Shown here one piece after another: positions 1 through 7,917 of a stretch of 64,000 bases of DNA; position 1 is the stretch's first letter, and each line of letters begins with the position of its first letter. Position numbers and translations under genes: made by a program. Below the pieces are notes generated by a model. That model was not told the DNA's origin. It did not search any database and worked only from the letters and a program-made list of their open reading frames with translations. Origin of the DNA: a virus; the IMG/VR virus record IMGVR_UViG_3300018080_000015, positions 1 to 64,000 of that record; one strand, written 5' to 3'.

Positions 1-179
1 CCGTCTTTGTGAATCAGCTTGATCTTGCCGCCACTCACCATTCGGTGGAGTCTACGGTCGTAGTACTTCGTCGGCCTCTCGAACTCAGCGATGAGAGAGC
101 GCACTTGCCCTTCCACCGACGAATCCCACAAAAGCTGCAACCTCGCGGGACGAAAAACGAGCTGTACTTTGGCTTTCAT
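1..179 (-). CDS. N-terminal fragment of a gene running off the window; possibly a UvsW-like superfamily 2 helicase
   Basis: Manual translation from ATG at 179 is open to the window edge: MKAKVQLVFRPARLQLLWDSSVEGQVRSLIAEFERPTKYYDRRLHRMVSGGKIKLIHKD. The GGKIKL segment loosely recalls the WDGKIRL N-terminal motif of UvsW-like helicases. Confidence 0.4.
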   Translation of the reverse strand, partial: MKAKVQLVFRPARLQLLWDSSVEGQVRSLIAEFERPTKYYDRRLHRMVSGGKIKLIHKD

Positions 180-181
180 GC

Positions 182-253
182 TTACTTCTCTGTAGCCTCA
201 TCGGGAGCGCCCCAATGCTCTGTGCCTCGCTCGATTGCATCATATTCGGTCAT
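182..253 (-). CDS. 23-aa small ORF (MTEYDAIERGTEHWGAPDEATEK)
   Basis: GGAGGG RBS 8 nt upstream of the ATG; its stop codon lies 2 nt before the next ATG. Confidence 0.4.
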   Translation of the reverse strand: MTEYDAIERGTEHWGAPDEATEK

Positions 254-295
254 TTCTCTTTCCCTCCCTGTCCTCTGCCTCGTGCTCCGGCTCCC

Positions 296-324
296 TTTGG
301 GAATCCACAAAACCGAGAACGCAG
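296..324 (-). promoter_or_regulatory. conserved upstream motif CTGCGTTCTCG..CCCAAA (leftward copy)
   Basis: Minus strand reads ctgcgttctcggttttgtggattcccaaa; the same core recurs upstream of other genes. Confidence 0.5.
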
Positions 325-385
325 CGTCGACGAGTACCACGAATCAAGTGTCCAATAGAATTCCAGTGTCCCGTAGAAGACCTAC

Positions 386-483
386 CCGCGCGTATGCGCT
401 CGCGCGCGGAGCGGAGCTACTGGCGTAGCTCCTCGGGCGTGCACGCACGCGCCCGTAAGGCGCTAGCGCTCGATTCTGAATCG
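386..483. repeat. array of five tandem GC-rich inverted repeats in the divergent intergenic region
   Basis: ccgcgcg/cgcgcgg (386-409), ggagctac/gtagctcc (413-432), cgggcg/cgcccg (434-455), gcgctagcgc (460-469), cgattc-t-gaatcg (471-483). Confidence 0.65.
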
Positions 484-486
484 GTA

Positions 487-512
487 TGCGTTCTCGCGCA
501 AGGAGCCCAAAA
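487..512 (+). promoter_or_regulatory. conserved upstream motif TGCGTTCTCG..CCCAAAA (rightward copy)
   Basis: tgcgttctcgcgcaaggagcccaaaa lies directly upstream of the RBS of the first + strand gene. Confidence 0.5.
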
Positions 513-526
513 TGAGGGAGGTACAA

Positions 527-853
527 ATGGCTCAGTTCAACAAAGTAGTCGCCGGCTACTACAAAACCGAAATTTTCGACGGTCGAAAGGTCTGCATCAC
601 AAACCCGGCAATCAAAATGTGGGATGGCTGCCGGCTTGGGAACCTCCCGGCTGGTTGGACTGTGTACGACGAGCGAGCGTACATGGATGAAGACAAGCGC
701 GTGCGCAATTGGGCAGGTCGAACACGACTACGAGACAGACCCGGCAAATACATCATCGGCACGTATTCATCACTGCGAGAAGCCGCAAAGGCCGCTCGAC
801 AGTGGATCAACGACGAGGAAGCAAAAGAAATCTGGAGCATGTTTGGAGGGTGA
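527..853 (+). CDS. hypothetical phage protein
   Basis: ORF with a GGAGG RBS before ATG 527; its stop abuts the next start. Confidence 0.75.
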   Translation: MAQFNKVVAGYYKTEIFDGRKVCITNPAIKMWDGCRLGNLPAGWTVYDERAYMDEDKRVRNWAGRTRLRDRPGKYIIGTYSSLREAAKAARQWINDEEAKEIWSMFGG

Positions 854-854
854 G

Positions 855-3740
855 ATGGGAGAGCGTTGGAAGATCTTATGGAGCTCTGATTGGCACGTCC
901 GGTCGAAGTTCAAGTACAGTCCCGAAGAAGAGTGGTGGAGACTCGCCAAAAGCCTAGAATGGCTGATCGCCGCGATTGCGCGAGAGACGCCAGATATCGT
1001 GATTACTGGCGGAGACCTCGTCGACAACGCGCGAACAGTCGACTTCAAGGCGTACTCACTAATCACGAAATTCAGAGAACAGCTCAACGATCTTGGAGAG
1101 CCAAGACACATCGTCCTGTGCGGCAACCACGACATGGCCCAGGTCGGGTACAACGCGATCGACCCGATTGTGTTCACAGACCGAATCACAGAGACGAAGC
1201 TCTACATACCATACAAGAACACTGCACTGCGGATCGGGCTCGTGCCATACATGAAGGAGCCCCCAGAGAAGATGCCGTGGGACGAGCCGGTTCATATCTG
1301 TTTTGCGCACGTGGGGATGAAAGAGCTTCTCGACGGCCAGTTCGGCAAGTTCGAGTTTGATCACTTCAACGCTGACTACGTGGTGAGCGGGCACTACCAT
1401 ATCCCGACGACGTGCTGTCAGAACAACGTGCTCTACCCCGGAGCGCTGCTCCCTCGGCATTTTGTCGACGCAGGCGATCACCCGTTCGGAGCGCACGTCT
1501 TCAATCTCAACGTTGGCCCCATGAAAGACATCTGGGACGAAGACGAATTCACCCGGTACTGGCCTCGTTGGCAGCTTCACCATAGGGTGCTCGAAAACCC
1601 CCAAGCAGGGCGGTTCATCAAGACGACCAATCCGTCGACAGCTGAGCTGAAGAAGTGGGCAAAGCGCCCTGAAGTGTGCCTCTCCATCGAGACGGAAGAC
1701 CCCGAGAAGCTCTCCAAACAGCTCGCGAAGACCAGAGCGTGGGCCGGGAAGATAGTGCCCGTCAGAGACGCTGTGGAGAGCCCGCAGGACGTCGACATCC
1801 AGGTTGGCGACATGGCCTCGGCGATCGGGGAGTACGTCAGGAGTCAGACTTCTGAGCACTGCGAAGAACTCACCGAGCTTGGTGTCCAGTTCTACGGCAC
1901 GGCGGCCGAAGCTTCCACCGCACGTCAACCCTGGTCGCTGAAGAAGCTCCGGATCATCGACTTCCTCAGTGTCAAAGACGAGAGCCTCACGTTCGGCAAC
2001 CGAGTGAGTGTGATCAGTGGCGAGAACCTCGACGAGGGCGGCTCGAATGGAGCTGGCAAATCTACGCTCATCGAAGCTCTGTACTGGTGCCTTTACGGAA
2101 GGCGCCTACGAGGACTGGAGTCCGTCGACGAGGTGATTCGACACGACGAAGACTGGTGCTACGTGCGTGCGAATTTCCACAACGGCGCGACAGAGATGAC
2201 TGTACGTCGGTACCGCAAGAACCCGAAGCGGGGCACTGGAGTCAGTGTTCATCTTGGAGAGAAAGACGTTTCGTTTCCTACAGTCGATGCAACCAACGAA
2301 GAGATCGTGCGGCTCATCGGCATCGACCGAGACCAGTTCCGGTCCACCGTGCTCTTCTCTCGGCGCTCCGCGTTCGCGTCTGAGGAGACGGCCGGGGGTC
2401 GAGCCGAGGGTTTTCTTCGCTTCCTGGGTGTGGGGCTCGAGGGAGCCTTAAAAGCAGCTCGAACAGAGCGCGGCCAAGCTCGAGCAGTGAAAGAGCGACT
2501 GGTCAAGGAGCAACTGCAGTGGGACGGGAAGCGGCAAGGACGACTCGAAGAGCTTGTCAGTCAAATCAGTCAGCTTGACGAAAGCCTCAAGGTGCAGGAC
2601 CAGGAAGAGACGCTTGGGAAGCTACTGCAGGAGAACACTGAGGCAGCTGAAACAATCCTCGAAGCGATGCCGGAATTACCAGGAGATAACCTCGTGGCGG
2701 CGCTCAAGACGAAGCGAACTGGCTTCCTGGATCGGCTGGTCAGGATTCGCGGAGAAGACAAGGCAGCAGAGGCGGAGTACCATCATGCCTCGAAGATGAA
2801 CAAGCACACTGAGCAGTTCCTGAGCGGAGACATTTCTCAGTGCCCAACGTGCCGAACGCGCCTCACAGCCTCACGGGCGGATCGAATCATTCGAGAGTCC
2901 CGTGCGGAGCTCAACGCTGCCGAGGCGCGCTTGGACGCGGCGCACGCAGCGGCCTGTGCGAAGGCGACGAAGTTCCAACGGCTCCTCAAGGGAGTAGAGC
3001 AGCGCCTAGCGGCGGCCACTAAGGCTCGTACAGATCACGCGCACAGCATCCAGAGACTTAAGGATCTGAAGCGCGAAAAGAAGCAGCTACGCAAACAGCT
3101 ACGATCTGTGGAAAAAGACCGGGAGGAACGGAAAGCTCAGCTTCGAGCTCTGCACAAAACTCGCATGAGCCTCAAACGCGCTACGTGGGAGCACGAACAG
3201 GAGCTTGCGGACGCTCGGCATCGGGAGAAGCTGTGCAAGTTCTGGGCAAAGGGCTTCGCTCGCAACGGGCTCCCATCGTACCTACTGATTCGTATGCTCG
3301 AGTACGCCAATGAGCGCCTGGAGCTGTACCTCGACTTGCTCGTAGGCGGAAAGATTCGAGCGCAGTTCGAGGCGATGCCGCGAGGTGTGAATTTCCACAT
3401 CCAGCGCGGCGGCGTGGACATGACCTACGTCGGGCTCTCTGACGGGCAGCAGTCGTGTGTGAATCTCGCCACCCAGTTCGCGCTGCACGACGTGCAACGA
3501 CTGAGCGTTGGCGGAATCAGCCTTCTCGTCTTCGACGAGGCGATCAGTCACATCGACGGTGTGCGAGCTCGAGCAGTGGTGGATCTCATTCGCGCCAAAT
3601 CCGAAGCGATTGACTGTGTCCTCTTCATCACGCACCGCGAGGACATCCTGGAGGACTTCCTCGAGAGCTTCGGGACGCGACACGCGATCACGGCCAGGTA
3701 TTCGGATGGAGTGACGGAGTACGTCCACGGTCGATCGTGA
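855..3740 (+). CDS. fused Mre11/SbcD-like nuclease and Rad50/SbcC-like SMC ATPase (gp47-gp46-like)
   Basis: Phosphoesterase motifs SDWH, GDLVD, GNHD, FAH, SGHYH; then Walker A GSNGAGKST, coiled coil with CPTC zinc hook, signature LSDGQQ, Walker B VFDEA and ITH. GGAGG RBS before ATG 855. Confidence 0.92.
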   Translation: MGERWKILWSSDWHVRSKFKYSPEEEWWRLAKSLEWLIAAIARETPDIVITGGDLVDNARTVDFKAYSLITKFREQLNDLGEPRHIVLCGNHDMAQVGYNAIDPIVFTDRITETKLYIPYKNTALRIGLVPYMKEPPEKMPWDEPVHICFAHVGMKELLDGQFGKFEFDHFNADYVVSGHYHIPTTCCQNNVLYPGALLPRHFVDAGDHPFGAHVFNLNVGPMKDIWDEDEFTRYWPRWQLHHRVLENPQAGRFIKTTNPSTAELKKWAKRPEVCLSIETEDPEKLSKQLAKTRAWAGKIVPVRDAVESPQDVDIQVGDMASAIGEYVRSQTSEHCEELTELGVQFYGTAAEASTARQPWSLKKLRIIDFLSVKDESLTFGNRVSVISGENLDEGGSNGAGKSTLIEALYWCLYGRRLRGLESVDEVIRHDEDWCYVRANFHNGATEMTVRRYRKNPKRGTGVSVHLGEKDVSFPTVDATNEEIVRLIGIDRDQFRSTVLFSRRSAFASEETAGGRAEGFLRFLGVGLEGALKAARTERGQARAVKERLVKEQLQWDGKRQGRLEELVSQISQLDESLKVQDQEETLGKLLQENTEAAETILEAMPELPGDNLVAALKTKRTGFLDRLVRIRGEDKAAEAEYHHASKMNKHTEQFLSGDISQCPTCRTRLTASRADRIIRESRAELNAAEARLDAAHAAACAKATKFQRLLKGVEQRLAAATKARTDHAHSIQRLKDLKREKKQLRKQLRSVEKDREERKAQLRALHKTRMSLKRATWEHEQELADARHREKLCKFWAKGFARNGLPSYLLIRMLEYANERLELYLDLLVGGKIRAQFEAMPRGVNFHIQRGGVDMTYVGLSDGQQSCVNLATQFALHDVQRLSVGGISLLVFDEAISHIDGVRARAVVDLIRAKSEAIDCVLFITHREDILEDFLESFGTRHAITARYSDGVTEYVHGRS

Positions 3741-3771
3741 CCCTGCGTTCCCGTGGTACGGAGGGTTGAAT

Positions 3772-6700
3772 ATGGCGAAGAAGAAAAAACAAGAGACTGA
3801 GAAAGAGTGGTCGCACCCACGAGACTTCACGTACGAACAGGTCATCAAGTCGAAGCTATCGGCTTGTGAGGGCTGTCCGATGTACGAGAAAAACGTGCGG
3901 GTAGCGCCAGAGAACGCCGCGAAGGGTACGCCCGAGGTGTTGATCGTCGGCGAGGCTCCCGGCCTGGGAGACCGCACGCGACCGTTCGCGGGGGCAGCAG
4001 GGAAATTCATTCGAGAGTGCTTCGCGAAGCATGGGATTCTCAATCAGGCCGTGCTCGACAACGTGTGCAAGTGTCGTAACTTCACTGTCGATGCAGACGG
4101 TCGGGCAAGTCTCGCCCCAGCGCATCCGGATGCGCTCAAGCAGTGCGCGAAACAGCTCCTGCGCACCATCAAGCGGTACAAGCCGAAGATCATCATCACG
4201 CTGGGAGACGTGGCGCTCAACTTCTTCATCCAGGGGCGCTCCGTACGCAGTTCCATGGGCAAGTTCTACAAGACGCGCTGGGGTTCGTTGCTTTACCCAA
4301 TCATGCAGCCAGCGGGGATTCTCAGGACCGGCTCTCGGGTCGACTACGACTATCTAATGCTCGTCCTGCGTACGATGTGGAGCCGCTACGACTACACGTA
4401 CGAGCCACCAGCGCTCCCCAAGGCCATCTTCGTGCTTCCGCCGTGGACTGACGACGAAATCGCGGACTACAAAGTGGTATCAGAGCGCTTCGTGGCGTCT
4501 ACGAAGCACACGCTTCCTCAGACCTGGAAAGAGACTAACTACGTCACGTGGAAGCAGGCGCTCAAAATCATCCGCAGCGCAAAGTCAATCGTAGGTGACT
4601 TCGAGACGACTGGGATGGATGCGTGGCGTGAGGACGCTGACATCCTCTCTTTCTCCTTCGCAGTGAACGCGAAGGAGGCCTACGTCTTCCCCGTGTGGCA
4701 GCGGGATCTACGCAGCGGCGTGGACCGCGAGAGGCAGTACAAACTACTTTTCAAGCTCATGCGGCTATGTGAGAGAGCGCCGCTCGGATTCTGGTTTCAC
4801 CACGCCGACTACGACATGTTGTACTTCGCGATCATGTTCCAGAAGCTCACCGGGCAGGAGTGGGTCTGGAAGTGTGAGCCGAAGTGCACCCTCATTCTCC
4901 ACGCAGCCTTGGAGCCCAACTCCTACCACGGTCTTGAAGAGCTCTTGACCAGTGTCGGCTTTGACTCCCACAAGTACTACCTCGCAGCGCACCTGAAGGA
5001 AAAACGCGCGATTGTCGAAGCGGAGCTCGCAGTTGCTCGGTCGGAGAAGAGAAGTGAATACGTCGCCGATTTGAGAGCACTGGTGGCGGATATGAAAGAC
5101 CGCAAGTACGAATATGCGGACTGGTGGATCTTGGCTCGCTACAACTGCATCGACTCAGCACTGGAGTTTCTGTTCCTACGGATCTTCCGGAAGATACTGC
5201 AGACGAAACCGCTGCTGCGCGTGTTCTGGAAGGAACACCTGAGCCACTACGGACTCACGGCGCATCACATGCAGCTCTCCGGGCTAGCACCGAATCCTCC
5301 CGCCATCGAAGAAGCGCGGCTGCTTCAGCAGGAGCGGATCGACCGCGTGGAGCAACAGCTCTACTACAATCCAAATGTGCTTCAGCTTCTCATCGAAGAG
5401 TATGGGTATCCGGTCGACGGAAAGCACACTGCAGACACGGCCGAGATGAGCCAGTTCTTCAAGTTCACATCTACCAAGCAAATGAGCATGCTATTCTTCG
5501 GCAGAGTGGTTGAGAAGAACGAAGAAGGCGAGCGGGTCATGGTGAAGTGTCCGAGCCTGGGTGTGAGCACCAAGATCTCCGCGCGCAGATACCACGGTTA
5601 TGCAACCGACAAGCACGTGTTGGCTTCAATCATCGGAGCGGACTGGGACGAGGTGTGTGCAACCCACAAGTGGGCCGATCGAATCCAGGAAGGAGTCAAC
5701 GAGGAAGGAGAGCCGCAGTACAAATACGAGCTCGGCGGGCGCCAGCTCATGCGTGTGTACCAACGTCTACGTGACAAGGGACTGGCGCCGGGGCGAATTC
5801 TCCCGAAGCTCGCGCCGATGTCCGCCCGCAGTGTGGCGCACGATCTCATCGAGCACCGCAACGCCAACAAGATGCTGAGCACGTACATCAACGGGCTCGA
5901 GAAGCTCGTGTGTCCAGACGGGCTCATCCGGGATGAGATCAAGGTCCACGGTACCGTCACAGGGCGCTGGTCAACGTTCCTACACACACTCCCTCGAGAC
6001 GATCCGACGTTCAAGCGCCAGCTCAAGTCGAGGTTCGGAGATGCGGGGTGCATCGTCGGAGCCGATCAGAGTCAGGTCGAGGCTCGGGTGTTTGGTAGCC
6101 TTTCCGGAGACAGAAAGCTGATTGAAATCTTTCGCGAGGGGCGCGACCTCCACAGTGAAGTGGCGGCCGCCTTCGAAGATGTGGACGTAGACGCGGTAAC
6201 GAAGACCCAGCGTACCGACGGCAAGGTGATTCATTTCTCCACTGTGTACGGGCGTTCGATTCATTCGCTCGCGATGGATCTTGTACAGAAGCGGGGGTAC
6301 CTCTACAAGGATGCCGTGCCCTACGCCGAGCGCTTCTCGCAGTGGTACTTCGGAAACTTCGTGGATCTCACTCGATGGATTGAGCGGCTCATTCGAGACT
6401 GCATGCGGGACGGAGTCACCATCGCCTCGAACCTACAGCGTCGCAAGTACCGCAAGTACGGGGTGCGCCCGCGCAAGATCAACATGGTTCTGCTCTCTCC
6501 GTTCGGGCGGGAGCTTTGCATCCCGGCTATCACGTCGAGGGCTGAGCTCCGTCGGCTCGCCCCCAACTACGTCACACAGAGCGCGGCGGGAGACATCACC
6601 AACATCGTAACCACACGGGTCGACCGTCGGCTGCGTTCGGAGAAGTGTGAGACTCGCGTCGTGCTTGCAATTCACGATGCCATCTACACAGACGGCCCAA

Positions 6701-6888
6701 AGGACGAAGCTCACTTCGTCGCAGAGGTAATCACGGAAGAGATGCTGCGCACCGATGGCTATGAGAGCTGGTTACAGGTGCCTCTTGCCACTGAGATTGA
6801 GATGGGGCCTACACTCGGGGACCTACGTCCTTACTGTATGGTATGCAAAACCACATTCTCCGGAAAACAGTGTCCTAACTGTGAGTAA
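3772..6888 (+). CDS. polA: family A DNA polymerase with N-terminal uracil-DNA-glycosylase-like domain, 3'-5' exonuclease and C-terminal zinc ribbon
   Basis: UDG family-4-like CEGC..VGEAPG..RPFAG..NVCKC; exonuclease GDFETTG and YNCID; polymerase motifs GTVTGRWS, ADQSQVEARV, DLHSEVA, RTDGKVIHFSTVYG, IHDAI. Confidence 0.93.
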   Translation: MAKKKKQETEKEWSHPRDFTYEQVIKSKLSACEGCPMYEKNVRVAPENAAKGTPEVLIVGEAPGLGDRTRPFAGAAGKFIRECFAKHGILNQAVLDNVCKCRNFTVDADGRASLAPAHPDALKQCAKQLLRTIKRYKPKIIITLGDVALNFFIQGRSVRSSMGKFYKTRWGSLLYPIMQPAGILRTGSRVDYDYLMLVLRTMWSRYDYTYEPPALPKAIFVLPPWTDDEIADYKVVSERFVASTKHTLPQTWKETNYVTWKQALKIIRSAKSIVGDFETTGMDAWREDADILSFSFAVNAKEAYVFPVWQRDLRSGVDRERQYKLLFKLMRLCERAPLGFWFHHADYDMLYFAIMFQKLTGQEWVWKCEPKCTLILHAALEPNSYHGLEELLTSVGFDSHKYYLAAHLKEKRAIVEAELAVARSEKRSEYVADLRALVADMKDRKYEYADWWILARYNCIDSALEFLFLRIFRKILQTKPLLRVFWKEHLSHYGLTAHHMQLSGLAPNPPAIEEARLLQQERIDRVEQQLYYNPNVLQLLIEEYGYPVDGKHTADTAEMSQFFKFTSTKQMSMLFFGRVVEKNEEGERVMVKCPSLGVSTKISARRYHGYATDKHVLASIIGADWDEVCATHKWADRIQEGVNEEGEPQYKYELGGRQLMRVYQRLRDKGLAPGRILPKLAPMSARSVAHDLIEHRNANKMLSTYINGLEKLVCPDGLIRDEIKVHGTVTGRWSTFLHTLPRDDPTFKRQLKSRFGDAGCIVGADQSQVEARVFGSLSGDRKLIEIFREGRDLHSEVAAAFEDVDVDAVTKTQRTDGKVIHFSTVYGRSIHSLAMDLVQKRGYLYKDAVPYAERFSQWYFGNFVDLTRWIERLIRDCMRDGVTIASNLQRRKYRKYGVRPRKINMVLLSPFGRELCIPAITSRAELRRLAPNYVTQSAAGDITNIVTTRVDRRLRSEKCETRVVLAIHDAIYTDGPKDEAHFVAEVITEEMLRTDGYESWLQVPLATEIEMGPTLGDLRPYCMVCKTTFSGKQCPNCE

Positions 6889-6892
6889 TACC

Positions 6893-7198
6893 ATGAACGA
6901 CGACATGGCCAGAGAGACCTTGCTCTACCTCGAAGCCCACATCATCGATCACTTTGAGAAACTGATCGCACACGTCCGCGAGATGTCCGAAGAGCAGCGT
7001 CGAGAACCGTACTACGGTCCGATGTGTAGCTCAGAACTACAGAAACAACGGTGGCGTCTGTTTCTACAGGATATGGAGACAACAGTTGTAACAGGACTGC
7101 TCGCCATGCGCGACGGAATGCTCGACGCCAAAGCTCAGACGTACCAGAGACTCGTAGAGCAACGGAAGATCGACAGCGAAGACCCAACAATTCACTGA
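6893..7198 (+). CDS. hypothetical protein
   Basis: ORF fills the gap after the polymerase; start taken at ATG 6893. Confidence 0.65.
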   Translation: MNDDMARETLLYLEAHIIDHFEKLIAHVREMSEEQRREPYYGPMCSSELQKQRWRLFLQDMETTVVTGLLAMRDGMLDAKAQTYQRLVEQRKIDSEDPTIH

Positions 7199-7205
7199 GG
7201 AACAG

Positions 7206-7757
7206 ATGGACAGGCAGACAATCATCAGGCGCTATGCAGACGACCCTCAACGCTGTGCCGCTGAGATGCGTAAGCGGATTCAGGACGACCACATGCTCAG
7301 GGGCCCGTTTGACGAAGACCTCGATTACCGCTGTCCCGGCTACGGAGAGTGGAAGCCGGAGGCAGACGTTTGTCTCGAATGCTCGGTGAATCTCGAGTGC
7401 ATTTGCAAGACGCTAGGCTTTCGACCGAAGGCAGTCTACGTTCCCCGGAAGCAGCGCAAGTCGGCGTTGAAGGATCCGTGTCCCTTCGAGCTTCAAGCGC
7501 ACAGGGACGCCTTCGAAGCTGTCGAGGCTCTCGTGAAAGGTAAGCGTGTTGCTCAGACCATCACCATGTCGAATCCGGACGGAGCTCACGCGCTTCAGGC
7601 GCTCGCCGTCGTCGACGCGCTGCTCCCGGATGGTATGGACGCTCCTGCAGTCGAGTGCTACTGGAACACGGCCGCTGTGAAGCGGCTGAGCGCTCAGCGG
7701 TTCTCGGTCAACCCGAAGGCCTGGCGCGAGGCCCGTGAAGCCGCGCGTCGGCGGTGA
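7206..7757 (+). CDS. hypothetical protein with a C-x12-C-x2-C-x5-C motif
   Basis: GAGG RBS; CPGYGEWKPEADVCLECSVNLEC. Confidence 0.75.
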   Translation: MDRQTIIRRYADDPQRCAAEMRKRIQDDHMLRGPFDEDLDYRCPGYGEWKPEADVCLECSVNLECICKTLGFRPKAVYVPRKQRKSALKDPCPFELQAHRDAFEAVEALVKGKRVAQTITMSNPDGAHALQALAVVDALLPDGMDAPAVECYWNTAAVKRLSAQRFSVNPKAWREAREAARRR

Positions 7758-7865
7758 GGCGACAGAGTCCCGGGACCAAGACCCTGCCGCCTCGCGGAAC
7801 GCTCCGCCAGCCTCAAGAGGTACTCGCGCCACACGTTTTCGTCAAATGTCGCTTTTTCAAGCGGC

Positions 7866-7892
7866 TGCGTTCCCGTTTTGTGTCCCTAAAAA
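7866..7892 (+). promoter_or_regulatory. conserved upstream motif TGCGTTCCCG-TTTT
   Basis: tgcgttcccgttttgtgtccctaaaaa in the intergenic region before the SSB gene. Confidence 0.5.
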
Positions 7893-7917
7893 CACCACAA
7901 CCCAAAGGAGAAGCAGT

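Noticed and set aside
624-854. N-terminal extension of the Mre11-Rad50 ORF shown in the track
   Set aside because: It overlaps gene 527-853; the RBS and first nuclease motif support ATG 855.
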